From assembly GCA_047967505.1 (NCBI GenBank), contig CM106538.1: 64,000 nt of DNA; one strand, 5' to 3'. This document shows, in pieces, positions 1 to 13,203 of the stretch (its first letter is position 1; each line of letters begins with the position of its first letter). The position numbers and the translations under genes were made by a program. The notes under the pieces were generated by a model. It saw nothing but the letters and a program-made list of their open reading frames with translations. It was not told the DNA's origin and did no database searches. The stretch comes from Dipteris shenzhenensis (taxonomy: Eukaryota).

Positions 1-1819
1 TCTTTCATGGACACCTTGATGAGTGTATTCATTTGTTACCACCTCACTTTACCAATTCACTTATTAATGCCCATCTTTTTTACTTTCATCATGGGTGTCA
101 TGCCACTCTACATCTTATCCCTCCTAAATGGATGTTGCCCTAGGGATGGGGGCTCACACAAGCATTGAGGAAACCATAAGTACTCTTAATGTCACGGAGT
201 GAATTATGTTGGAAAAAGATTGAGCTTACATGAGTAGTGAAGGAAGGGTGGGCATCATAGGTCTCTGTTATATGCATTAGTGTTGTATAGTGATAAGTGA
301 AGCTCATAGAAATATTACACCGGTAATAAAGAGCTCACCATTAGAAGCCACCAGTTGACTATGAAGTATGAAAGTCACTCTTTTAAATAAATGTGAAACA
401 CAAGGAAGAGAAGCTTCTAGCATGTACCTTCTTAGGTTGTGCATTTCTTTACAAAATGTATTGGAATTGAAAAGGTTTGAATGCTGATTGTCTCTTAGAG
501 TATGCTAGATGTGCCCCTGGACACATGGAAATTGGACCTATTTGTAAATATAATAAACCATTGTCGATAACTTTATTTCATTACCTTTATAGTAGGCCAA
601 GGCCCTTGGATCATTAGGCCAACATATATGTTCAATGAATGCAATAAAGATTAGACATTTTAGCAAGTAGCTTATACATTGAGGCTTACACGATGCACGA
701 AAATCTAAGTGACGGGTACATTGAATTAGGGCAACTTGGCTGTGGGTAACTAGTTTATGAGGTGATCCACAAACACGAGTAGAAGAGGTATGAGGGAAGC
801 AAGCTTGGAAAGGAGGTCTAACAAAAAGAAGAGGCAGAAAGCAAGGCTTCATTAAAGGGGGGGGAGTCGGTGGGAGGGACACGTGGGAGCGGACTGATTG
901 CCAGGTCATATCAGTCGAAAGGGGGTGGTTCGCAGAAAGGGATCAAGGAAAACTCGTGGGAATTTAAAGGGGGGACCATCACGACAACGATACTGTAGGA
1001 GATTCCCCACTACAGGAATCTCTGGGAATATCTTTTCAGAAAACCGCCGCGTCTTCTATCCAAATATTTATTTGTGGGATATGCTGTTGCCCGATCCAGC
1101 GATTTTTTAAAAAACAGAGAACAGAAATTTGAACTGTGCGTATTTATTTAAAATTTTGGGAAAAAGTAATGTAGAATCTGGGCGAATCGCGCCTGGGGGG
1201 CGCCGCGTAAGACCACGTTTCGCGAGCTTTTGACTGTAGCCTCCGTCTTCCACGCGGCGGGCGCCCATTTCCCTGGCAAGGATCTTCTCTCATCTCTCAT
1301 CCTTCTTAATCCCTTAAAATCTAGTTGTCCAACTTAAAACTTCGATTGCTCCAATGATATGTTGAGTCTGCTCTTGGAATGCCATAATGACCTAGTCGTT
1401 GGACGTAAATGCTCAACTAAGAGCCTGTAATTTAAGGGTATGGCTCATGCAAATACTATTAGTGATACTATTATTGTGGTTTAGGTGGCCCTCATTTGGC
1501 CTTGGAGCATACCATGAGTGTCATGAAAGTCTTGCCTCAATTCACCTCACCACTACCTTTTGACCCTCATTGCCCCTGATCTTGCGGTAACCATAGAGAT
1601 TCCCCAATTAGCTCCCAATTAAATTGCATGTTGATAGGTTTTTTTTTGTTTGTATCTCTAAGAAAAGGTGGAAGAAAATACAAAAAGAGACACTTCTTGA
1701 GCCTACATGCTCTTAGCATACATAATAATGTATAGCCTATACACTCGAAGTCTAAACGTTATGAGGTGGCCTCATGTGAGCCTAGGGCAGCTATAGAAGG
1801 TAATGCTTTTGGTCCTAGC

Positions 1820-2759
1820 TGTCACCCAAACTTGTAAAAAAGAATTCCATCATATCCCCAACGCAAACGCGGAAGGTACCGAGTCCCAACTACTCTTTTG
1901 AAAAAGGGCTGTCCCCGAGGCTGTGTTTTGCATTGGGATTGACTCCACAAGGGTGCCACGTCAGAGAGAAGGATTATAAACATCGATAGAAATTGCAAGA
2001 CAAGCGGCTGGCGGCAATTAAAAAGCTAGCTGTGGGTACACGCAAAGGGAGCGAAGCATAGATTATAATACACGTCGGTTGGCGTAAAGGAATCGGAACG
2101 TTGAAAGGAAGCAGGCCATTCCAACGGCCTTGGCAAAACAAACGGCAGCCGTCCTTAAGCAATGTCAACAAAACAGAAGATACCAGAAGTGTCCGGTAGC
2201 CATTGGCCCATCAGATCCCTCAGAGGGTCTGAATATTCTGCCCGGTTCAACACGGTATACACAGCTGCGATACTGGGATATTCCACTTGCTCAACCGCAC
2301 ATTAGAGACTCCTGGTATCCAGGTCTCGCAGAACGTGACAAGCAGCTTCTTCTAGTCATTCTTTCCAACAGTGCTATGAGAATTTCCCATTCTCCGTCTC
2401 CTTGAATGCTTCTTCTTCACTAGTGCACTCCCTTTGAATTGGTGGTTTCTGCCGGCTCAGTTTTTCCTTCACCCACCTTTGAATTCTTCACTCCTCCTCC
2501 ATGCTTTCCTTGTCTCCTTCCGTTCCTGGTATCTTCATCCCCTTGGCCTCCCCTTGCAAGAAAGCATAAATTGGGCCTCGAGTCGCTTTCATCCAACTTG
2601 CACGTCGCCTTTTATAAAAGCTAAGTGCAGCACATTCCACGAGAATAAGCCACCCCCATTCTATGAATAACATGCTAGTTCTCGGGAGATTATTCCAGCC
2701 TTTAATTGCCTACAACTCCACAAGAATAATCCATTTGGGAATCCTTTGTATAAACGACA
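1820..2759. mobile_element. Probable solo LTR (~940 bp)
   Basis: Termini TGTCA...CGACA; 4-bp direct repeat TAGC on both sides (1816-1819, 2760-2763); TATA-like TTTATAAAAG near 2611; no coding capacity recognised. Confidence 0.55.
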
Positions 2760-2999
2760 TAGCTTTAGTGAGAGTTCTTAGGGTGCTAGTGGTATTCAAA
2801 ATCTCTATTAGAGTTCAAATATGTACATAAAGACTTTGAATGTCATGCATCCAATATCTTGCAAGCCCCAACTTTCATACATTCAATCTTATTAAATCGT
2901 AGGAAGACTATATCAAGTCCTCATATTAGTACTTAGGATTATGTTAATCTCAAGAACATCAAAGCAATCGAGTTGAATGGTCCCACAACACATATAAGC

Positions 3000-3500
3000 A
3001 ACAATACATGCTTACAAGTTCCAAGCATCTTATACTTTCTTGGAAAGGTTAAGAAGCATTACTGGTTTCATCATACAACAAATAAAATTGGTGTTTACTT
3101 CAAGGCCAAGCTATATTTCTTAATCAAATGAGATAGTTAACATTTAGATCATGTAGCTCCCTTTCTTAAGAAGTCATATTTTTATCCAAACCTACTTGAT
3201 TCCCTTCATTCGCTTATACTATATGCTAGATTGTAGACTATGACGAGGTGTTCTTGCTCAAAACTTATTCGCAATCAAATTGAACTTCATAAAATACAAG
3301 TGAAAGCACATGTTTATAAGTTACAAGCCTCTTATACTTTCTTGGAAAACTTAAGAGGCAAATTACTAGTTTCATCATACATTGATTTCAAATGGGTGTT
3401 TAATCCAAAGCTACATTTCTTAATCAAATGAGATAGTTTAGAATTTGAATCATGTAGCTCTCTGGCTTAAGAAGTCATCTTTTGTCCAAATCGCATGATT
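3000..3500. repeat. Diverged ~300-bp tandem duplication
   Basis: CTTATACTTTCTTGGAAA...TTTCTTAATCAAATGAGATAGTT...CATGTAGCTC..CTTAAGAAGTCAT occurs at ~3028-3190 and ~3330-3490. Confidence 0.8.
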
Positions 3501-4249
3501 TCTTTTATCTTCTTGTATTATGCTACGTTGTAATGCAAGTTGTTTTTTCTTAAAGAATATTGTGCTAGTTCGTATTATAGTAGTGCCACATAGAAGCATA
3601 CAATTGGGAGCCCAACTTATAGACCAATGCCAAAACAATCAAAACTATGCACAGTAACAAACAATGCCAAATTTATTAACCGAGTATTACATCACTTTGT
3701 CCCTTATTACACACAACTAATCAAGAAGCTTTAATCCTTCAAGCCTTATGACCTTGTCATAGTATACAACAAACAATAGCAACAATGAAGGAATGGTGTT
3801 GATCCTGTGTGCCTCCTCAGAGGGTTTCAGTGGGAGCTCACTCACCTTCACAACTCCTGGAGTTTCTCTGACTCTGTGTACTAAGGCTAGCTTTACCACA
3901 ACGTTATGTTGCTAAATGTCGAGCTCCCTTCATGACCCACATCATGCGAATGATACTATTATCAATCCATGACTGATGTCCCTGTTCTCTCATGAGAATC
4001 AGGAAGAGAATCCTCCTTTTTTTTAAGCCAATGATTCAACCCTCAAAGTGATGCTATGATTCATCATCTAGGTCTTTAGTTAGATTTCCTATCATCTAAG
4101 TCCAACCTTAGACTCTTGCTCTTTTGAAACCTAGATGCCTGCTCTTCTAGAAACCACTCCATGATCCTACATAGTTCGCCTTCATAGGACAGCTGAATAC
4201 ATCTTCGTCATTCAACTTCAGCGAGAAGACCGAATACTCTCCCAAGTGT

Positions 4250-6071
4250 CACATGAGATGCTCCATCTATTCAGCCTTGGTGATGATGCTAATAGTGTTT
4301 TCCTTCCGTCATGGGTAGTATATTAACTCTACCAGCCTGTTCTCAATTAGCTCCTTGATGAGGTGGTAATGAACCTCAATGTGATTGGTCATGGTATGGA
4401 GCACTATGTTCTTCAAGATTGCTATGCATCCTAGTTTTTTCAGTAGATCTCCACAACTTCATCAATTTGGAAGAATAACATATCATCTTCCAGGATATAG
4501 CTAAGCAAGAATGACTCACATGATGCATGCTTATTGATACTCTGCTTCCAATAAAGATGGAGACACACTAGGCTCCTTCTTACTAAGCCACAAAATGGAT
4601 TCGTTTCTTAGGATGAAACAATATGCAAAAGTGGATCATTGCATGTCCACGTCTATAGTTTACAATGCCCATGGAAGTCGATTCCACTTTAGTTTTTAAT
4701 TCTATATTTGGTGGTACCTTTTAGATATGGATTCTAGGACCGAATATCCGGCATGACCAAATCTCTCATGCTATAATTTCGAGACATCTTTGTTGTCATA
4801 TGCCATCAATGCATTGATCATGTAGAGAAATTTGTCATCTACTCTTCTGGCAATCTTTGCCACTGTGGCTTTGGTCCAAATGAGGATGTTATCCTCGAGA
4901 AGACTGCAGTCATCCCATTTCTGGCAAGCTGCCTAATGGAGTAGATTCTTGCACATATCGGTGGGCATAAAGTACATCCTTGAGAACTTTCTCCTCTCTT
5001 GTAGTAGTTTTAATGGGTCCATTACAATTCCCTTGATTGAAAAACTTTGGCTGATGCCCATTGTAATATTGGATTGAAAACCAAATCTAGTGAGGGTCTA
5101 GACTCTAGAGCTACTCTCTGACCTTTGGCATGTGCTTGGATAGACCACTATCCACATGCCACTCCCCACCCACCAAAGTAATGAGAACGTGGAACATCTT
5201 TTCATCATCCAAGTAGTTAATAGACCCTCCTTGATGATGTTTACGATTTCTAACTTCAATGGAATGGTTTAGCTTAACTATAGACATTTTTTCGTGGACT
5301 TGCTTTCTAACTTTGGCAACTTTTGGCAAATCATCCTAGCTTGCCACATTTGAAGTGCACCTTCAGTTTCTTGCTAGATTCATTAATTTTGAACCTCAAA
5401 CCATGTTTCTTCTCCTGGGCTGCTTCTTACAAGAGCAATGGAATCGGTTCCCTAAATGGTATTGGCACTTAGACCTTAATCCTACAATCATGGTTGTCAT
5501 GAAGCCTTTATAGCTCCGAGGAAAAATGACAAGTACCAATTTGGCAATCTAGAATGGATTCACTTCTTAGCAAGTGCTCGGGTTGGTATGTGAGTAGTTT
5601 GACCTTCATGATGTAGTGCTATACCAAATCTCCTTGTCCATCTTCATGTTGTAAAGTCCTTGAGTACCTTCCATGACTTTGGTGACATTTTAGCCATCTA
5701 TATGTGTGCCAAAGTAGTGCCCACTATGATTGCCAGGACCTCTACATCCTACACTATCCAATCTTGCACTGCCATTGCATCTTTTGTAATCGTCACTATT
5801 CTAGTGGCATTCTTGATGTCTTGGGTCTCAATTCCATTTTGATATTGATTTATCAAACTCCTTTGACAACAATGTGATGTTGGACCATATTTTGAAGTGG
5901 ATAGTCATTCCTATTAAGATTTTTGATCAGTAATTGGCTAGTCATCTTGTGGTAAATCTTCTAAGTTAGTGAAGCTTTAGTGCTTAGTTGAACTGCTTAG
6001 TTGAACACTGCGAACTCCATTCAAATTTAAGGTGGACTATGAGAACTTTTAACAACCAAGCTTTGATACCA
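4250..6071 (-). mobile_element. Degenerate, internally deleted Ty1/Copia internal region (PBS, gag, protease, RNase H)
   Basis: tRNA-Met PBS (TGGTATCAAAGC on minus strand, 6060-6071); protease motif WHVDSGLSKHM (~5130-5165); RNase H motifs KKEPSVSPSLLEAEY (~4535-4590) and HTMTNHIEVHYHLIKE (~4350-4400); many stops. Confidence 0.75.
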
Positions 6072-6207
6072 CACCGCATACTTTGGTGCCTTATTGAAAA
6101 ATTCATCCAAATGTTCCCCTAGTTGTGCAATGGAAAACTCTTTTAGCATCCAAGCCAAGCTTTGATACAATTCTGGTAAACATTGTTGGCTGGAGTACCA
6201 CATTTGA

Positions 6208-6532
6208 TGTTGAGAGAATGGTGCCTACAAGGGCATGTGAGCAAGGTCTAGAGAGGTGAGAAACACCAAGAATGAGTTGTGAAGAGATAACAATGAGGTG
6301 AGATAAGGTAGGCAAGTGCATGATGGTTTATGAAGTGGATCCTAAGGCTATTTGTAGATGCAGCCTCTCATTGTATGGTTGAGAAGCTCATTGCAAGAGA
6401 TTGATTAAGTCTGTCCATATTGTCTTATTCTCATAGATTTCCTTGATTATTTTGAGCTTCCACGAATCTTGTATAACCCATGTGTTTAGATTGACTTAGC
6501 ATGATCCCGCATTCTTATAATGGTATCGAAGT
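6208..6532 (+). mobile_element. Possible degenerate LTR followed by PBS-like motif
   Basis: Starts TGTTGAGAG; followed by TGGTATCGAAG at 6521, similar to a tRNA-Met PBS; no partner LTR found. Confidence 0.35.
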
Positions 6533-6899
6533 AGTTCTAGTTAATCCTAAGTTGCGCACAATAGTGTGTTTGTGTATTGTTATTTTGCATTTTGGGTATG
6601 GTTAGTTGGAAGAAAAATGTTGCACGCTCATCATTTCATTTATGGAGAGTATGTGAGATTTGACTTAATGCAAAACAACTATAACTTTCATATGCCATGA
6701 ACAACAAAAAAGAAGTAGAGCATTCACTCTACCAAACTCAATTTTAGACTACTGCTATGGAGGACTTGCTCCAAAGAAAGTGATGCTACTGGAAATTATT
6801 GGTATAGTTTCCAATTTTATGGTTGTTACAATTTTCTATTTGCTATTTTTTGGATTGCTCATTCGAGGGAGCATGTGTGTCTTCATGAAAGAAGGTCAC

Positions 6900-9800
6900 A
6901 ATTTATTTATTTTTTAGAGCAAAAAAGAGTAGTTTTATTAAACTGGAAAATCAATGTACATCATCAGAGTTTATCCACAGGAGTTTATCTAGTCCAAAAT
7001 AGGACTCACAATAAAGTCATCCTTACCAAAAACTATTTGCAAAAAAAGAGAGGAGAGAAATACTTTAGGTCCTCTTGTAGATACAAGAAGGGACCTGAAA
7101 AGAAAAGCTAGCAGCCTCTTCATTGTATTTTGTACTCTGTGTGACTTCAGTAACAGTAGGAACACCCTCAACATGGGATGGAGGCTTCCTGTGAAGACAC
7201 TAGGGAAGCTTGCCATGTTCTTCTACTAAGGTACATATGCTCTTATGCTCTGCCAGGTCTGCACTCAATCTTGTAAGTTGAAGATTATAGGCATCTATCT
7301 AAAATCCCAACCTTCTTTTATCCTGTCCCACCATGTAGCAAATACACATTTCAATATCATTAAACTAAAAATTGTTTCTAGAGATCCATATAAACCATAA
7401 AGCATGTTCCCTTATTTGGAACCAAAGCTCCTGCTTGGTTTTGAATGCATCCCCTAGTAATATAGCCTTCTAATTGATTAGCTCACCACATTCAATCCGG
7501 ATAAACTTCTAGTACTTTCTGGCATGAGGGTAGGAAACAAACCATTGAAAAACATCCTCAAGAACACCAAGGCATCTTCTACATTTCCCATATCCCTTCC
7601 CTATTCTGAGTCTCCTGACATTGCTTCACATAGATTTGTGAAGAATGAGCCAAGTTAGGCAGGACATCTTCTCAGGGATCTGCTTGATCCATAATTTTTC
7701 AAACCTTTCATACCATTTATCATTGCTATCCTACAAAGACCATCTAGAGTTTAGGGTTCTAAAAAGATCCTCTATATCAAAAGCAACTAGAGTGGGTACA
7801 GGAAGGAATGAAGAGAATCCTATCCAAATGAACTCCTTGTGAAAAATTAAAATAGAGCCCCCTTTCCATGTGAAATCTCCCTGCCATAATTCCATCCTGC
7901 TTAAGATAAGATCCTAGCTCTAGTTAGATAAAGTAAATTCTCTCCTAATCTCTTGCCAGGTCTTCCATCTAAATTGATATCTGTTCTAGAGTTGGTGGCC
8001 CCAAGCTTGCAAACCTTTCTTGAATAGAGTACTAGCTAGAGCAAACTATACATCAGCAAAGTGAGTTAGAAATTTCTAAAGATAGCTACGACCCAAATGG
8101 AATCATTAGCTGTTAAGGCTCCTTTACCAAAAAACTGCAAGAAAACATTTACCTCCCCAAAAGCTCTCCAAATAGATTGCCATAGTGAACTGCTGCCCTT
8201 AGCCTTGCAGGGCTCAGGATTACAAACAATAGATATTAAGGGATAGTTCTTCCATTTGCGGGCCCTAACTGGTCTAATTTATTTCATGTTCCTCAGCAAA
8301 AGTTGATCCCAGTAACACTGTGGATTTAGAATAGCTTTAATGATCCAAGTTATGGATAGCTTTCTCGATGCAAGAGCAATATCTGTGACCCCTAGCCCTC
8401 CTTCTTTTTTAGCCTTATTACACAATAAGACCCTCTTACTTTAGAGACTTTTTATCTACCTCCCCACAGAAAAGACGTGGAAACTCTAATAAATCTATCT
8501 AGCCTAGACTTGGATGGTTGGCCTAAAATCCCCTCCATATGTCAATCGTCTTCTAAAACTTGTCCATAAACCAATCCCACGTTTGCTTCATGGATATGTC
8601 AAAACCCATTGGAATCCCCAAGAGCCTTAAAAATGTACCCTTTTTGATTGTGTAACATCCCAGATTCTACAAATATAACTACTCCTTCCCATTGAGAGTG
8701 TCATACCCTCTTTTTCTATGATTAATTCTAGCTAGATGCTTTACAAAAGATGTCTAGATAGTCCATTATGCAGCTAACATCCTGCTCAGTATTCCTAGGG
8801 GTAAGGGTAGTGTCATCAGCAAATTGCCGACACTAATTGCTTGCTAGACATGAGTTCAATCCCTATAAGGCTACCTTCTTGAATTTGACTCCTGAAAGGA
8901 CACCCAAGAGAGTCAGCTGCCTGCTATTGCACAGATGAGAGGGGCAAGAGGGCAACCTTTCCTAATTGACCTCTTCAAAACAAAAGGGGTACTCATGTCT
9001 CCATTGACACATGTCTTGGCTAAAGAATTAGTGAGTAATAGCTTAACATAAGAAATAAAAGAGGAGCCCAGACACATATCTTGCAAATATTGTAAGAGAA
9101 AGTCCCATTCCAACCTATCATAGGGGCAAGAGGGCAACCTTTCCTAATTGACGTCTTCAAAACAAAAGGGGCACTCATGTCTCAATTGACACATATCTTG
9201 GCTAAAACATTAGTGAGTAATAGCTTAACATAAGAAATAAAAGAAGAGCCCAAACACATATCTTGCAAATATTGTAAGAGAAAGTCCCATTCCACCCTAT
9301 CATAGGCTTTATCAAAGTCTATCTTGAGGAAGCGTATATCTTGTTTAGTCTCCTTGGCATACTCACACCCCTCCCAAATATTTATAATTGCCTCCAAAAG
9401 GTGGCGACCCTTTATAAAGCCTTTCTATTCTTGAAGGATCCATTCCTTCATCTTTCTCTGAATCTTGAGTGCTAGAGCCTTAGAAAATATTTTGTAACTA
9501 CAATTAAGCATTTTGAGAGGTCTTCAGTTCCTAAGCTCATCTTTGGAGCCTCCCTTGGGGATGAGCTTGATGATTACTCCATAAACATGAGAGGGGAGAG
9601 CACCCTTGGCTGTACTTTCTTGCCACAATAGTGGCAAGTAAGGTCCTACTAGGTCCCAAAATACCTTATAGAATTCAATGGGTAGACCATCCTCTTTTGG
9701 TGTTTTTCCATCTACCACCATCATTGTGATTGCTTCCTTTAGCTCTTCAATGGTGAAAGGATTCTCTAACTAGACCTGGGGTCAAATCTCTCTACGGCTT

Positions 9801-10050
9801 TGTCTCTTACAACTTGACACAACTCTCTGGCTCTCTATACCTCTTCATTTGGAAATACTACAGAAGAGAGGAGTGCCTAGTAATGGCTGTGTACTAGCTT
9901 AATATTCTCCTCTATGGATGAAACCAAAGTGCCATCAGCCTTTTTTAAAAGAGGGATGTCCTCATTGACTCTTTTTCTTTTGATAAGCTTGAAGGTTCCC
10001 TTGGTAGGTCTATCAATCTTACTTGTGCACAAATCTGTCAAGTAGACCTT
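6900..10050 (-). mobile_element. 5'-truncated, degenerate L1-type LINE (ORF2 reverse transcriptase to 3' tail)
   Basis: RT motifs DGLPIEFYK, KLIPKGG..LRN, FLKIDFDKAYDRVEW, RKGCPLAP, FADD (~8812-8823); C-terminal Cys motif GKCRRC (~7575); AATAAA and A-rich tail on minus strand at ~6902-6940. Confidence 0.9.
8940..9303. repeat. 182-bp tandem duplication inside LINE RT
   Basis: AGGGGCAAGAGGGCAACC... starts at 8940 and 9122; duplicated peptide WDFLLQYLQDMCLGSSFISYVKLLLTN. Confidence 0.95.
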
Positions 10051-10819
10051 GGTGTCTCTTTGCTTTGAAGAGTGTCCATGATAAAGACAGCTTGGGAAAA
10101 TGCTTTTGCTGAGAGCAGTTCTGTTGCAGATGCTTGGGATGTTGCAATTGAGAATACTCAAAAAATTCTCAAGGCATCTAGAAAGAATAGAGCCAAGTAA
10201 GACCTCAGAGAATGGACAAGATTCGGGAGATTAGAGCAGTAGGCTAGATCAAGAGATCTAGATACTCAAAGGTATTTGTTAATTGCCAAAAAAGAGCTCA
10301 GAAAACAAGAAAAAGGTCATAATTTTTGGGCGCTTTCATGCAAAGAAAGCATAGTTCTAGTGCACAAATGGATGCATATATGGAAGCCTTGAGATGCAAA
10401 GACTTGTAGAGGGAATGCCCTCAACTCCATCAACAAGAGAAGGAATCCAATGGTGGCTTGAGGTCTCGTGCAATAGACCAATGAAGTTTTGTGCATTTTA
10501 GAGGCATTGTTGGGAGTTGTGGAAGGCTACCGAAAAGGCTTCGTGAGAATAAAACATGCCAAAAATCTTGTTTTATTCATTGATCATGCTCTGTTCCATT
10601 GATATTTCCATCAAAAGACGTCCTAGAAATTTTACCTGAGTTGATATTTCTATTGATATTAACATTTAAAAAATAGTTGATAATGTTTTATTATGAATAG
10701 GACATTGAGCACTATCCAAAAAAGTTTTGATCTATCATATGGAGCTAATGGTGGTTCCATAACATGTGGTCACACAATTTGATGCATAAAGCATAGCATT
10801 ACGGTAGTGCATTATGATT

Positions 10820-12760
10820 ATTAATGAACCAGAAGAGGGGATGCATGGGCCAAAACATGGAAATGTTTGTTCTTGTCCATGCAAATGGGATCTGATGGTC
10901 ATGATACTTTGCACAAGCCTCAATATAGGAAATTTTAAGTCCCTTGCAAAGTATCCTATCCATTGGGTCCCATTTTCACAACTAGAATACCATTGGGGAA
11001 TTATTTCCAACCAGAAGAGTGGATGCATGGGCAAAAACATGGAAATGTTCGATTTTGACCATGCAAATGGGATCCGATGGCCATGATACTCTAAACAGGC
11101 CTCAATATAGGTGATTTTAAGTCCCTTGCAAAGTATTGTGGCCATTGGGTCCCATTTTCATGACTAGAATTCCATAGGGCATTATTTCAAACTAGAAGAG
11201 GGGATGCAAGGGCAAAAACATTGAAATGTTCGATCTTGACCATGCAAATGAGATCTGATGGCCATGATACTTTGAATGGGCCTCAATATAACATGGAAAT
11301 GTTCTTTATTGACCATGAAAATGGGATCCCATGGCCATTATACTTTGAAAAAAATCTAAATATAAGTGATTTATTGTCCCTTACAAAGTTTCATGGCCAT
11401 CCGATCCCATTTTCATGACTAGAATACCACTCGTGCATTATTTTCGAACCAAAAGAGGGGATGCATGGGCAAAAACATGGAAATGTTTGATCTTGACCAT
11501 GAAAATGGAATATGATGGTCATGATACTTTACACAAGCCTCAATATAGATTATGTTAAGTCCCTTTCAAAGTATCATGGCCATCAAGTCCCATTTTCATG
11601 ACTTGAATACCAATGGGGCATTATTTCAAACCTGAAGAGGGGATGCATGGGCAAAAACATGGAAATGTTCGACCTTGACTAACAAATGGGATCTGATGGC
11701 CATGATACTTTTCATAGGACTCAATCTAGGTTATTTTAGGTACCTTTCAAAGTATTGTGGCCATCGGGTCCCATTTGCATACTAGAATACCACTGGTGCG
11801 TTATTTCAAACTAGAAGAGGGGATGCATGGGCAAAAACATGGACATGTTTGTTCTTGACCATGCAAATGGGATCCGATGGCCATGATACTTTTAATGGGC
11901 CTCATAATAGGTGATTTTAAGTCCCTTCAAAAATATTGTGGCAATTGGATGCCATTTGCATGACTAGAATACCACTCGTGCATTATTTCAAACCAAGAGA
12001 GGAGATGCATGGGCAAAAACATGGAAATGTTCGATCTTCACCCATGAAAATGGGATTAGATGGCCACGATACTTTTCACGAGTCTCAACCTAGTTCATTT
12101 TAAACCCGTTTCAAAGCATCTTGTCCATTGAGTCCCATTTGCATGACTAGAATACCACCGGTGCATTATTTCAAACCAGAAAAGGGGATGCATGGGAAAA
12201 AACATAGAAATGTTTGACCTTGACCATGAAAATGGAATCTGATGGCCATGATACTTTTCATGGCCTCAATATAGAAGAGTTTAAGTCCCTTGCAAATTAC
12301 CACTAGTGCATTATTTCAAACTAGAAGAGGCCATGATACTTTTTATGGGCCTCAATATAGGTTCTAGAATTTAAGTCCCTTGCAAAGTATCTTAGCCATC
12401 GGGTCCCATTTGCATGACTAGAATACCACCAGTGCATTATTTTAAACCAGAAGAGGGGATGCATGGGCAAAAACATGGAAATGTTTGATCTTGACCATGA
12501 AAATGGGATCCAATGGCCATAATACTTTGAACGGGACTCAATCTATGTGAGTTTAAGTTTGTTGCAAGGTATCTTGACCATCGGGTCCCATTTGCATGAC
12601 TAGAATACCACCGGTGCATTTTTTTGAACTAGAAGAGGGGATGCATGGGCAAAAACATGGAAATGTTCATTCTTGACCCATGAAAATGGGATTTGATTGC
12701 CCTAATATCTTGCACGTTCCTCAATATAGGTGAATTTGAGTCCCTTGCATAGTATCATGC
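10820..12760. repeat. Satellite array A, ~181-bp monomer, ~11 copies, internal inverted repeat
   Basis: CCAGAAGAGGGGATGCATGGGCAAAAACATGGAAATG recurs at ~10829, 11011, 11192, 11449, 11631, 11811, 11992, 12175, 12447, 12629. Confidence 0.95.
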
Positions 12761-12889
12761 GATCAGCTCCCCAACTCGGGGGTCCCCAGCTCGTTAGGAC
12801 CTCCATAGCTTGGAAACACCTCTCCACAACCAAGGACGACCACCACACCTTGCAAGCATCGCTTTTCACCAGGTATGTTGATTTCCTAT

Positions 12890-13203
12890 GGTTTTCTTGA
12901 GTTTTTCTTTCCTTTCCCTTTCCCCTTTTCCCTTTCCTTCAGTTTCCCTTTCCATCCCTTTCCCTTTCCCTTTCCCTTTCCATTTCCCTTTGCCTTTCCC
13001 TTTCCTTCTCTTTTCCTTTCCCTTTCCCCTTTCCCTTTCCCTGTCCCTTTCCCTTTCGCTTTCCCTTTCCCTTTCCCTTCCCCTTTCCTTCCCCTTCCCT
13101 TTCCCTTTCCCTTCCTTGTGGGCCCTTCCCTTGTCTTCTCTTTTCTCCTTCTTCTGTTTTTCCCTTTTCTCATTTTCTCTCTTCTTCCCTCTCCCTTTCC
13201 TTC
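12890..13203. repeat. (TTTCCC)n polypyrimidine microsatellite, continued at 15542-15710 beyond the LTR insertion
   Basis: Direct reading of the sequence. Confidence 0.95.

Noticed and set aside
538-1340. ORFs 538-909 and 898-1110 and a CpG-rich patch at 1180-1270
   Set aside because: No recognisable protein; probably an LTR or TE fragment, but ends and TSD were not identified
10735-12619. ORFs in the 181-bp array; possible CRISPR-like repeat/spacer pattern
   Set aside because: The whole monomer repeats, with no unique spacers and no cas genes; eukaryotic satellite, and the ORFs are incidental
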